A stretch of DNA of 64,000 nt from Omnitrophica WOR_2 bacterium RIFOXYA2_FULL_38_17 (lineage in GTDB: Bacteria; Omnitrophota; Gorgyraeia; Zapsychrales; Zapsychraceae), in contig MHHG01000055.1 of the NCBI GenBank assembly GCA_001805965.1, forward strand, positions 3,680-67,679, read 5' to 3'. The notes under the pieces were generated by a model. The model was not told the origin of the DNA and searched no databases. It was given only the letters and a program-made list of their open reading frames with translations. The position numbers were made by a program, and so were the translations under genes. Below are positions 44,321 through 53,451 of the stretch, piece after piece; the first letter of the stretch is position 1; each line of letters opens with the position of its first letter.

Positions 44321-45409
44321 TTATCTTTTGCATAAGACCAAATTGTCCCGATGTATGGCCTCTAACTTGCCTTTTTTATCTTTGATCTTCTGAAGCTCTG
44401 TCATTGAATAACTGACAACGCCACGTGCGATCTCATTCTTTGACTTGTCCTGAACTACGACAATATCATCCTTCTTAAAATGTCCATCCCACGAAACTAT
44501 ACCAGGAAGAAGAAGGCTCCTTCCACCTTTTAGCAGGGCATCCTTAGCACCGTCATCCACGATCAGAACTCCCTTTGGTTTTACTCCAAATGAGATCCAA
44601 TGTTTACGCGCTAGTAGCTTCTCCTTTTTCTCCAAAAAAAATGTTCCTATTCGCTCTCCCGTCAATATTCTCAACAAAACGTTTTCTGTCTTTCCATTTG
44701 CTATAATACACGGAATATTTGCCTGTGTTGCGATCTTAACCGCTTCTAACTTTGCTTTCATTCCACCTTTTGAAATATGTTTTTTTACTTCTCCTGATGC
44801 AATGCCTTCAATCTCTCCAGTAATCTCCTGGATCTCTTCAAATATTTTTTTGTCCTTACTGTTGAGATCATACAGTCCATCAACATCAGAAAGCATTACA
44901 AGAAGGTCTGCATGTACCAAACTAGCAACTAAAGAAGAGAGCCTATCATTATCACCAAACTTAATTTCATCAGTAGAGATAGTATCATTCTCATTTATTA
45001 TTGGAATAATATCCATATTTAACAGCGCTTGTAAAGTATTGCGTGCGTTATTAAATCTGGTGCGACTATCAAAGTCCTCCCAAGTCAATAAGACTTGAGC
45101 ACATTTTGATTTGGACTTGGCAAATAGCTCATTATACTTTTTCATAAGAACCGTTTGCCCTATTGCAGCTAATGCCTGAATGGAAGCAAGATCTCCTGGG
45201 CGAGTTTTATGGTTCAACTCACCCATACCTAGAACAATAGCACCTGAACTAACAAGAACCACTTCAATACCGTTCTTCTTAAGTTCACAAATCTGCTCTG
45301 ACAAAGAACGCAACTGTGCTGTTCTTGGCTTCATCTTGTAAGTTGCGATAACGCTAGAACCAATTTTTACAACTATTCTTCTGATCTTTCGAGGGAATTT
45401 TCTAGACAT
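44321..45409 (-). CDS. proB: Glutamate 5-kinase with PUA domain
   Basis: VVKIGSS, NENDT, FGDNDRL, GGMKAK, SLLLPG. Confidence 0.97.
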   Translation of the reverse strand: MSRKFPRKIRRIVVKIGSSVIATYKMKPRTAQLRSLSEQICELKKNGIEVVLVSSGAIVLGMGELNHKTRPGDLASIQALAAIGQTVLMKKYNELFAKSKSKCAQVLLTWEDFDSRTRFNNARNTLQALLNMDIIPIINENDTISTDEIKFGDNDRLSSLVASLVHADLLVMLSDVDGLYDLNSKDKKIFEEIQEITGEIEGIASGEVKKHISKGGMKAKLEAVKIATQANIPCIIANGKTENVLLRILTGERIGTFFLEKKEKLLARKHWISFGVKPKGVLIVDDGAKDALLKGGRSLLLPGIVSWDGHFKKDDIVVVQDKSKNEIARGVVSYSMTELQKIKDKKGKLEAIHRDNLVLCKR

Positions 45410-46365
45410 AAAGTATCTCTTATTTCGTTGACTAGCTCATCCAAACCAACATTATTTAATGCAGAAACAACAAGAATCTTCTCTTTAAATTTCTTTCTAA
45501 ATCTATCGAGATTCTCTTGGGCTCCAGGCAAATCAATCTTATTTGCAACAACTATACGTTTTTTCAAGCTCAAAAGATCACTGAACTCTCTAAGCTCATG
45601 ATTTAACTGCTCATAATCTTCCAGAGGGTCCCTTTGGTCCTCAGCTGCCATATCAATAACATGGACAAGGATCTTTGTCCTTTCAGCATGCCTTAAAAAC
45701 TTGTCGCCAATACCTTTACCTTTATGCGCACCTTCAATTATTCCAGGCAGGTCAGCAATAACAAAACTTGATTCATCATCATTCTGAACAATACCTAAAA
45801 TAGGTTTTTTTGTTGTAAAAGGATAGCTTGCAATTTTGGATTTTACTCTCGAGATATTTGAGATTATGGTAGATTTTCCAGCATTGGGAAAGCCAACTAT
45901 TCCAACATCAGCAATTAATTTCAATTCAAGGCTTATCGTTCTCTCTTCACCCTTACCTGGAGGCTTAGGGACTTTTTTCTGGCCGTTACCAATTCCGCCA
46001 CAACCCCCTTTTGCAACAGCAATCAACTGGCCGTCTTCGACCAAATCCCTGATCAATAATCCTGTTTCTGCATCTTTAATAATAGTACCCATTGGCACTC
46101 TTAAAATACAGTTTTGTCCAGTTCTGCCCTGCTTGCCTTTACTGCTTGCATTGCCACCTTTGCTAGCTTTATGATGTTGTTTGAACTTAAAATCCAGTAA
46201 TGTCTGAACACTGCGAGAAGCGACAAAAAGTACGTCACCTCCCTTACCGCCATCCCCGCCATCTGGTCTTGGATGACGCATATATTTATCTCTGTAAAAG
46301 CTTTCACATCCTTTGCCGCCATCTCCAGCTTTTAAGAAGATTCTTGCTTCATCAATAAATATCAT
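45373..46365 (-). CDS. obgE: GTPase ObgE (short form without C-terminal domain)
   Basis: FIDE..AGDGG, GFPNAGKS, YPFTT, DLPG, NKID. Confidence 0.97.
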   Translation of the reverse strand: MIFIDEARIFLKAGDGGKGCESFYRDKYMRHPRPDGGDGGKGGDVLFVASRSVQTLLDFKFKQHHKASKGGNASSKGKQGRTGQNCILRVPMGTIIKDAETGLLIRDLVEDGQLIAVAKGGCGGIGNGQKKVPKPPGKGEERTISLELKLIADVGIVGFPNAGKSTIISNISRVKSKIASYPFTTKKPILGIVQNDDESSFVIADLPGIIEGAHKGKGIGDKFLRHAERTKILVHVIDMAAEDQRDPLEDYEQLNHELREFSDLLSLKKRIVVANKIDLPGAQENLDRFRKKFKEKILVVSALNNVGLDELVNEIRDTLCLENSLERSEE

Positions 46366-46370
46366 TATAT

Positions 46371-46685
46371 TTATTTAGCGGTAATCTTGGTTATGTTTAA
46401 GGCTGTAAGCTGCTGACGATGACCAGTTTTTTTTGCTGAATCCTTTTTTACTCTGTATTTAAAAGAAATGACTTTGTCTCCTTGAGTTTGCTTTATAACC
46501 TTTGCCTCAACTTTAACGTCAGTAAGATACGGCTGACCAATACGAATATCAGCACCATTTGCAAAAGCTAACACCTTATCAAAAACCAAAGTTTCGCCTT
46601 CCTTTTCTTTTATTCTATTGGCATCAATAAAATCCCCTTCACCTACTTTAAATTGTGCCGACCCTAATTGAACGATTGCGTACAT
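46371..46685 (-). CDS. rplU: 50S ribosomal protein bL21
   Basis: MYAIV..G..QFKV, GQPY, GHRQ; AAGGAGG SD. Confidence 0.96.
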   Translation of the reverse strand: MYAIVQLGSAQFKVGEGDFIDANRIKEKEGETLVFDKVLAFANGADIRIGQPYLTDVKVEAKVIKQTQGDKVISFKYRVKKDSAKKTGHRQQLTALNITKITAK

Positions 46686-46906
46686 TTAATCCTCCTTAAT
46701 ATTAATATCCGAACATCTCTTACTAACTTAGTAATTATTTGTTCATTGTTATAAATTAAGCTAGCTTAATAATTTCGATAGCTAGCATGTATTCTATACC
46801 CGCCCAGAACAAAACGGGGCTTTGTTCTGGATCTATCCTGTCCCAAAATAAGAATAAATCAATTGTTTTGAATCAACAATTGTATCTATGATTTAAACAA
46901 ATGCAA
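46686..46906 (-). promoter_or_regulatory. Putative rplU promoter and ~185-nt structured leader
   Basis: TTGCAT-N16-TACAAT (46906-46879); inverted repeats at 46860-46882, 46804-46830 and 46755-46770. Confidence 0.5.
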
Positions 46907-46940
46907 GAATAAATTTTGCTTGAAGAAATATGCAAAGAAA

Positions 46941-48254
46941 CTAAACAGCTTTGATTTTACCTCTTCCGTTACAATAGGGGCACTTTTTAAAGGAAAGCGA
47001 CTCAATATTCTTTCCAGTTCTTGCCCTTGTCATTTCAACCAAACCCAAAGAAGATATCTTGTTTACTTCTGTTTTAGCATGGTCACGTGCTAATGCCCTT
47101 TTAAGAGCTTCAAGCACTTTTCTTTTGTGGTCCTCCCTAACCATGTCAATAAAATCAATGACAATGATACCACCTAAGTCCCTTAAACGCAACTGTCTGG
47201 CAATTTCACCAGCAACTTCCATATTTACCATAAAAGCCGCTTCACCTGGAGAAGCCTTGGTCTTGAACTTGCCGCTGTTAACATCTACAACAATTAAACC
47301 CTCTGTGGGTTCAATAACAATATAGGCTCCGGATTTACAATATACGTTAGTGTTATAAATCTTTTCTAACTCTTTATCAACATTCTTGTGCTCAAAAAGC
47401 GATATGGTCCCCTTGTAAAAATGGATCTTCTCCACCATATGCTTTCCGATAAGAGCTTCAACAAACTTACAAATCTTTTGATATTCTTCTTGAGAATCAA
47501 TTATTAGCTTATCAACTTTTTCTGTCAAGTAATCACGAACGATCTTCCAAGTAAGCTCCCCTTCTTCATATATCAAAGCCGGAGACTGTTCTTGCTCAGA
47601 TTTTTTATATATTTTAGACCATATGTTAGATAAAAATTTCGCGTCTCTTACCAGTTCCCGCTTGCCCTGCTTTAAAGAAGCTGTCCTTATAATAAAACCG
47701 CCTGTTTTTGCGAATGAAAAGCTTTTTATTACCTCTCTTAATCTCTGACGCTCTTCAACACTTTCAATCTTCTTTGATACTCCCGTTTGCTTATCAAAAG
47801 GCATATATACGACAAAGCGCCCAGGAAGAGTAATATGAGTCGTAAGTCTTGCTCCTTTTTCTCCAAACGGATCTTTAACAACTTGAACTAAAACATCTTG
47901 GCCCTCTTTTAAGGTCACATCATCTTTTGGCTTTTTAGTCCTTTTATGCTTTTCCTTTTCATTCTTGCTCATATTAAAGATCTTTTTTATCAATTGCTGT
48001 GGTCCCGAAACATCTTCTTCTATCAATGGACTAACGGCATCTGTCAAATATAGAAATCCATTACGCTTTTGACCAATATTGATAAAAGCTGCATTTATTG
48101 ATGGAAGTATTGATTCTACCCTTCCCTTATAAATGTTGCCCAACAGTGATTGATAGCGGTCTACTTCAATATGAAAATCATCTACCCTGTTGTTTTCTAT
48201 AATAGCAACTTGTCGCTCACTTCTTTTTACTTGAATTAAAATCTCTCTAGACAA
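46941..48254 (-). CDS. rng: Ribonuclease E/G family (RNase G-like)
   Basis: GNIYKGRV, KGARLT, VDVNSG, RLRDLGGIIVIDFIDM, CPYC. TTG start after AGGTGG. Confidence 0.94.
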   Translation of the reverse strand: MSREILIQVKRSERQVAIIENNRVDDFHIEVDRYQSLLGNIYKGRVESILPSINAAFINIGQKRNGFLYLTDAVSPLIEEDVSGPQQLIKKIFNMSKNEKEKHKRTKKPKDDVTLKEGQDVLVQVVKDPFGEKGARLTTHITLPGRFVVYMPFDKQTGVSKKIESVEERQRLREVIKSFSFAKTGGFIIRTASLKQGKRELVRDAKFLSNIWSKIYKKSEQEQSPALIYEEGELTWKIVRDYLTEKVDKLIIDSQEEYQKICKFVEALIGKHMVEKIHFYKGTISLFEHKNVDKELEKIYNTNVYCKSGAYIVIEPTEGLIVVDVNSGKFKTKASPGEAAFMVNMEVAGEIARQLRLRDLGGIIVIDFIDMVREDHKRKVLEALKRALARDHAKTEVNKISSLGLVEMTRARTGKNIESLSFKKCPYCNGRGKIKAV

Positions 48255-48444
48255 AACACCACCTACTTCTTTCTTTATTAAAATTACAAAAATTATTAAT
48301 CAACAATCAGCCTTATACTAGTCGATTTCCCAGAAAAACCAAGCATTTTTTTACAGAACAGGTAATTATAGAAATTCCTGCCCACCCAAAAAAAATAAAA
48401 GGCAATAGCCATTCTTTTTTCAAAAACCTTATTCATCCAACCAC

Positions 48445-49860
48445 TTACAACTCAGAAGATACCTCAGGAGTGATAATAGTTGGCGTAATAAAGATCAACA
48501 AATCAGTTTTATCTACATCCTTAGATGTTTTGGTAAATAGCTTTCCCAATATCGGGATATCTCCTAAAAATGGCACCTTTTTCTTTACATCTACAGCTTT
48601 ATCCTTAACTAAACCGCCAATTACCAAAGTTTCTCCATCCTTTACCATTACTTTAGTAGAAGCTTGCTCAATGCTTAGTTTTGGAACTGCAGAACCACTT
48701 GCCGCATCTGTAACGTCACCTAAATTATCAGTTATACTTGGCTCAACATCAAGCGTAATAATCCCTGCAGCCAAGCTAACGTGCGGGGTAACTTTCAAAA
48801 CTATTCCTATCTTTTTATACTCCCAGCCTGATAACTGCCAACTTCCAGTTTCATCGTTAAAAAACTTCAATGGGTATGGGTGCTCCGTTCCCACATCAAT
48901 CCTTGCTTCATGATTATCCAACGTGACAATTCTAGGATTAGAAAGAATATTCGTATCAGTTCTTTCTGCTAACATTCTGAATACAGCTTGTAAATTAGCA
49001 AAACTAAGTGTTCCATTAGTAATTGCAGAAGCGGTTGATGTTACTCCGCCAGTATCTATATTGGGATTGATATATTTATTATCAATTACAGGAGGTGCGA
49101 ACGGAAATGTATGTGTTATGGAAGAGCCTGTTACACTGGCTTGCGTAGTCCATTCTATTCCTAGCTGTTCAGAATCATCTAAAACTGTCTCAATAATTTT
49201 ACTTTCAATTAAGACTTGTGGAGTAGTCGCATCCAAACCTTTTATAACCTTTGCGATTAAGACTAGCTTGCTTGCTGTATCAGTTACAATTAAAGTATTT
49301 GTTCTTTCATCAAAATTAACATTACCTCTTTCTGATTTCATTTTTTCAAGAGATTCAACGATCTCTGAAGCCCTGCCAAAATTAAGCATGAATATTTCTG
49401 TTTCTAAAGGCTCTTGTTCGGCAAGAAGCAATGAGTCCTCTCTTCTTTTCTTCATGTCTTCAATAGTAGTAACAACAATTATGTTGCCCTTTTGGTCATA
49501 CGCATATCCATATGTTTGCAAAATTACCTCAAGAGCCTGTTTCCAGGGAACATCCTTAAGCTGTATAGTTACAACGCCGATTACTTCAGGGCTCGTAACA
49601 ATATTTATACCGCTTTTAAAAGCAAGTATTTTCAAGACATTCCTGATATCGGCTTCTCGGAAATCCAAGCTTACGTCCCCTCCATCAGACATCATAACAT
49701 CATCTGCAGATTGAGAAGCTCCTTCAACTTCAGATCCAGCAACATTTTGTTTAGCAGGTATTTCTGATCCTTTTTGAGCAAAAACGCACTCAACTCCCAC
49801 AACGGAAATCATTATAAATATTCCTATGATTAGAAAAATCCCTATCTTTTTCCCAGACAT
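48445..49860 (-). CDS. pilQ: Type IV pilus secretin PilQ (short, no AMIN domains)
   Basis: Signal peptide, SLDFREADI, VPWKQAL, DERTNTLIV, QVLIESKI, PFLGDIPILGKLF, LLIFITP. Confidence 0.9.
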   Translation of the reverse strand: MSGKKIGIFLIIGIFIMISVVGVECVFAQKGSEIPAKQNVAGSEVEGASQSADDVMMSDGGDVSLDFREADIRNVLKILAFKSGINIVTSPEVIGVVTIQLKDVPWKQALEVILQTYGYAYDQKGNIIVVTTIEDMKKRREDSLLLAEQEPLETEIFMLNFGRASEIVESLEKMKSERGNVNFDERTNTLIVTDTASKLVLIAKVIKGLDATTPQVLIESKIIETVLDDSEQLGIEWTTQASVTGSSITHTFPFAPPVIDNKYINPNIDTGGVTSTASAITNGTLSFANLQAVFRMLAERTDTNILSNPRIVTLDNHEARIDVGTEHPYPLKFFNDETGSWQLSGWEYKKIGIVLKVTPHVSLAAGIITLDVEPSITDNLGDVTDAASGSAVPKLSIEQASTKVMVKDGETLVIGGLVKDKAVDVKKKVPFLGDIPILGKLFTKTSKDVDKTDLLIFITPTIITPEVSSEL

Positions 49861-49861
49861 A

Positions 49862-50221
49862 TTATTCCTCCTTTTTTAACTGCAACTCAAAAATCTTGTT
49901 TCCCTTAATAAGATAGACCTTTTCACTTTTAATCTCATGAACAGTAAAGTCTCCTATCTTATCCTTAATCTTGACAATTTTACCGTTAATTATAACAAGA
50001 CTACTATCTCCATCACCTAACATCACACCCTCGAGAGATAGGTCAGAAATTGAAAGACTGTCATCAAAGTTCTCAATAATACCATCAGCGCTCACCAATG
50101 GCAACATCGGATCCCTTTTGCCCTGATCATCATATTTTAAAATATCTTCTTCGGAAAAAGAAACATTTACCGCAATAACGATCAGACAACAAACAATATT
50201 TATGATTTTAATTAACCGCAT
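49862..50221 (-). CDS. pilP: PilP-like pilus alignment protein
   Basis: Between pilO and pilQ; RDPM.P motif and L.GV...IING beta domain. Confidence 0.65.
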   Translation of the reverse strand: MRLIKIINIVCCLIVIAVNVSFSEEDILKYDDQGKRDPMLPLVSADGIIENFDDSLSISDLSLEGVMLGDGDSSLVIINGKIVKIKDKIGDFTVHEIKSEKVYLIKGNKIFELQLKKEE

Positions 50222-50232
50222 ACATTTTTTCC

Positions 50233-50835
50233 CTATTTTTTACCTTTTAACTCTTCATAAACAACAGCATCCAGTACAATCTCAACTGAATGTTTTTGCT
50301 CTCCCCTTGAAGATATAATGCCAAAAGAGCTGACTTTAAAAAATATGTCCCCGCGCTCAAGTTGGCTTAAAAATCTGCCAAAATCATGATAACCGCTTCT
50401 AGCCTTTATAAGTATAGGCAAACCATAATAACGCCTCTCATCATTCTCTAACAGGATTTTCTGATCTTGCACATCAGGCATGATCTGATCAATCTTAACT
50501 CCGTTATCATCAGCCATGCGAGAAATATTTTCCAGAATAAGAGGAACTTCCTCCTTGAATTTAAGCTTTGCATTTGATTTTGCAACATCCGCTCTTAATC
50601 TTTCAACTTGTACCTGATACTGTTTTGATCTTAAAATATCATCTTTAGCTTTGTTAATATCCTCGGAAAGCAAACGAATTTCCGGGCTTATCTTAGATAA
50701 AGAGGCAATCTGCGGCCTCATAAGAACAAAGTAATCTAAAAGGAAGACTGAAAATAATATGCCGCCCAAAATATAGTAGATAACTTTTTCATCTACACTT
50801 TCTATATAGGACGATATTTTGTTCTGCAATGTCAT
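50233..50835 (-). CDS. pilO: Type IV pilus assembly protein PilO
   Basis: N-terminal TM, coiled coil, EVPLILENIS, SGYHDFGRFL. Confidence 0.87.
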   Translation of the reverse strand: MTLQNKISSYIESVDEKVIYYILGGILFSVFLLDYFVLMRPQIASLSKISPEIRLLSEDINKAKDDILRSKQYQVQVERLRADVAKSNAKLKFKEEVPLILENISRMADDNGVKIDQIMPDVQDQKILLENDERRYYGLPILIKARSGYHDFGRFLSQLERGDIFFKVSSFGIISSRGEQKHSVEIVLDAVVYEELKGKK

Positions 50836-51428
50836 TATTTACCCACTCTAGACGTTATTAAAAAATCAGCAACATCTACCTTGTTAATCTTTCTCATTTG
50901 TATTGAACCTAACTCCAGATCCGTTAGGTCCGTTAAAAATTCTGCATCTTGTTTAAGATTTGCTGTAAATTTATGTACTCCTATCATCTCTTTATTCTGC
51001 CTGGAAATTGCACTACCCTCTACAAAAAAAGCATCTTCATTAAATGCTATCCTCCTCAACCAAACCCCCTTTGGAAGATTATCACTTAAAATATTCAGTT
51101 TCTGTGACCAAATAACCTTTTCCTCTTCCGTAAGTTTCTTTATTGCGCTTTGCTTGTTCTGAAGCATCCTAAGCTCACTAATAATAACATCAACTTTCTC
51201 TTTGTCAGGAACAATTCCTTCCCAAGATGCTTTTAATGTATTATGTTTTGCTAACTTAGAAACATTAATTGCAAGCAAAACAACATGCACAACAAATAGC
51301 AGTATAATCAGTCCTCCACCTAGCCCAATAACCACTTCCAAAGGCAGCTTAAATCCTCCCACGAAGAAATCCTTCTTCTTCTTTTTTCTTAAACGCATTG
51401 GAACTAAGTTTATATCAATTATATTCAT
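50835..51428 (-). CDS. pilN: Type IV pilus assembly protein PilN
   Basis: INLVP PilM-binding motif, TM helix, LPKGVWL. Start moved to ATG 51428. Confidence 0.87.
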   Translation of the reverse strand: MNIIDINLVPMRLRKKKKKDFFVGGFKLPLEVVIGLGGGLIILLFVVHVVLLAINVSKLAKHNTLKASWEGIVPDKEKVDVIISELRMLQNKQSAIKKLTEEEKVIWSQKLNILSDNLPKGVWLRRIAFNEDAFFVEGSAISRQNKEMIGVHKFTANLKQDAEFLTDLTDLELGSIQMRKINKVDVADFLITSRVGK

Positions 51429-52470
51429 ATAAAGCCAATCCAAAGGCAACACCTAAATTAAGGGCCTTTTTGTTAAGATCATCAACATCTATTCCTTTAG
51501 ACACTCCTAAAGCCTTAAGTGGATCCCACCTTTCAACTTGCATTTCTAAATTATCCCCTAAAACATCAACGATACCTTCTAATAAAGAGCCGCCCCCAGT
51601 TACTAATAATTTATCAACTTCTTTGCTTTTTTCCGTAGAAAAATAATCAATAGATAATCTTAATTCCTGGACAATATTCATAAGGGTCGATTCACAAGCA
51701 GCTTTTACTTCACTAACTCTTTTAGCTGGTTGACATTTTAATTTCTCAGCTTCTTCTAAACTAATGCCCAATGTATTGCTTATTCTCTTTGTAAAATCAG
51801 CACCTCCGACAAAAATATCTCGTGTAAATCTTGGTGATTTGTTAACAATGATAATAAACGTGCTAACAGACTCTCCTATATCCAACAATGCCACTGTTTG
51901 ATCTTTACCTTCATCTTCTTTTTCTAATGAAAAGTTCAAAGCATTGACCAATGCAGCTGGATTCAATCCAATAAAATCTGCCTGATATCCTAAGCTTGAA
52001 ATAAGCTGCATTCTCTGGTCAATCATCTCTTTCTTTGCAGCAGATGCCATAACAGCCATCTGCTTGCTCTTCTTATCACCATCCAGAATATAACAATCTG
52101 TATAAATTTGATCTTGCGAGAAAGGGAAATACTTATCAGCTTCTATAGAAAATGAGTTGCGCAAATCATCTATAAGCATTCTGGGCATATCTATATAACG
52201 TATCAGAGTCCCTTTTCCAAAAACAGCAGTATATATCGTATTTGGTGGATTCCTTAGTTGCGCGATTAATGTTTTTATTGCTTCGGCTATACCACTCTTT
52301 CTTGACGATTCAATTGCCCAGCTAACTAACTCATATTCATTATTCTCTTTCTTTATTTCAACTAACTTACAACTGTTTAAACCAATATCTATTCCAACAG
52401 CTGTACCCTTAGGCTTGTCAGGAAGAAATTTTTTTATTATGCCGAAATAATTATTTAGCAATGCATTCAT
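51415..52470 (-). CDS. pilM: Type IV pilus assembly protein PilM
   Basis: GIDIG, LLDIGE, VTGGGS actin-like motifs, VAFGLAL. Confidence 0.92.
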   Translation of the reverse strand: MNALLNNYFGIIKKFLPDKPKGTAVGIDIGLNSCKLVEIKKENNEYELVSWAIESSRKSGIAEAIKTLIAQLRNPPNTIYTAVFGKGTLIRYIDMPRMLIDDLRNSFSIEADKYFPFSQDQIYTDCYILDGDKKSKQMAVMASAAKKEMIDQRMQLISSLGYQADFIGLNPAALVNALNFSLEKEDEGKDQTVALLDIGESVSTFIIIVNKSPRFTRDIFVGGADFTKRISNTLGISLEEAEKLKCQPAKRVSEVKAACESTLMNIVQELRLSIDYFSTEKSKEVDKLLVTGGGSLLEGIVDVLGDNLEMQVERWDPLKALGVSKGIDVDDLNKKALNLGVAFGLALYEYN

Positions 52471-52624
52471 CTTAACCCCAAACTTTAAATAATAGACATA
52501 TATTATATTCTAAATTAATATAATTAATTGTATTGTAAGGCAATCTTTCTATCAAGCAGTAATTCATAAATTATCACCAACCTTTCTTAAGAAAGACAAT
52601 AGCATTTCATTTCAAAATTTCAAT

Positions 52625-52660
52625 AAAAAAAGGAGAGGGCTTAATTAGCCCCCTCCTTTT
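52625..52660 (-). terminator. Intrinsic terminator after the pilin gene
   Basis: AGGAGGGGGCT-AATTA-AGCCCTCTCC followed by a T run on the minus strand. Confidence 0.85.
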
Positions 52661-52685
52661 AAAACAACTTGTTCATCAAACCAAA

Positions 52686-53081
52686 TTATTGCTGACTTAA
52701 AACCCCACCAGTTGTAACTGTAAAATGTGTCGTTCCTGATGTTCCAAGAGTCATAGCATTTGCATCAAAGGTATAATAACCTGGAGCAAATGTACAGGCA
52801 TAAGTAAAACCTGATGTTGACTGACCACAATAAGCTGCATTTAGATAAGGTGGTGTTGCGCCGGTCAATGAAGCTTCATTTCCTGGATATACACCATTTG
52901 ATGATGTTTGAAACGTTTCTGCCGCTGTTGACATCGTTTTGAGCGTGCTCTGTGCTAGCGCATCATTTGCTGAGATCTTAGCTCTTAGCAAGTTTGGAAT
53001 AGCAATTGCTGCTAACAAAGCGATAATTGCGACTACGATCATAATTTCTACTAACGTAAAACCTTTTTGGCTCATTCTCAT
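52686..53081 (-). CDS. pilA: Type IVa major pilin
   Basis: Class III signal QKG|FTLVEIMIVVAIIALLAAIAIP (E5, P22), Cys pair, strong SD AAGGAGGG, own terminator. Confidence 0.9.
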   Translation of the reverse strand: MRMSQKGFTLVEIMIVVAIIALLAAIAIPNLLRAKISANDALAQSTLKTMSTAAETFQTSSNGVYPGNEASLTGATPPYLNAAYCGQSTSGFTYACTFAPGYYTFDANAMTLGTSGTTHFTVTTGGVLSQQ

Positions 53082-53103
53082 GATACCCTCCTTCTGAGTT
53101 TGC

Positions 53104-53217
53104 GAGCTTAAAGTTTACATTTGCCGACCAAAGCTAAGAATATACCAGATATATATAAGAATAATTACATTTACATAATATCTTAGCCCAACTTCGCAAA
53201 CGACTAACTTTTAGCTC
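53104..53217 (-). promoter_or_regulatory. ~115-nt imperfect hairpin in the pilin 5' leader
   Basis: Nested pairings GAGCU/AGCUC, AAAGUU/AACUUU, CGUUUGC/GCAAAUG, GGCUAAGA/UCUUAGCU. Confidence 0.65.
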
Positions 53218-53240
53218 AGTTTAGTTTTAAACTTTGTTTG

Positions 53241-53270
53241 ATTCTACCACCTCCTCTCTTTCCTTGTCAA
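53241..53270 (-). promoter_or_regulatory. Putative pilin-proximal sigma70 promoter (P2)
   Basis: TTGACA-N18-TAGAAT with TG extension. Confidence 0.6.
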
Positions 53271-53393
53271 TTCATTTATATACTCTTGCTTTGGCTGCTT
53301 TCGCACCAAAACAAAACATGGCTGAACAAAGACAGATTTTACCCACTCAATAATACCAACAATGGTTTTTTCCAATATGCGCATTTTTATCAC
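53244..53393 (-). CDS. Putative small protein (46-49 aa) downstream of the riboswitch terminator
   Basis: GAGGTG SD, GTG-ATA-AAA-ATG, open to TAG: (MIK)MRILEKTIVGIIEWVKSVFVQPCFVLVRKQPKQEYINELTRKERRW; below the ORF-track cutoff. Confidence 0.45.
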   Translation of the reverse strand: MIKMRILEKTIVGIIEWVKSVFVQPCFVLVRKQPKQEYINELTRKERRW

Positions 53394-53404
53394 AAGCACC
53401 TCTC

Positions 53405-53439
53405 AAAAAAAAATCCCACCCCATTATAAGGAGCAGGAC
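53405..53439 (-). terminator. Intrinsic terminator forming the riboswitch expression platform
   Basis: GUCCUGCUCC-UUAUAAU-GGGGUGGGAU followed by U8. Confidence 0.75.
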
Positions 53440-53451
53440 TATTAGAATCCC

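Noticed and set aside
48923-49714. 263-aa plus-strand ORF and the many other plus-strand ORFs in the track
   Set aside because: They lie antisense to well-supported genes and show no recognisable motifs; typical shadow ORFs
52686-53081. Pilin as an electrically conductive e-pilin (12 F/Y in 124 mature residues)
   Set aside because: No aromatic residue between F1 and F50; positions 24, 27 and 32 are L, A and N, failing the Geobacter-type pattern
53294-53308. GG-N10-GC upstream of the pilin as a sigma54 promoter
   Set aside because: TGGTGC-GAAAG-CAGC matches TGGCAC-N5-TTGC poorly and is explained by a hairpin or coding sequence
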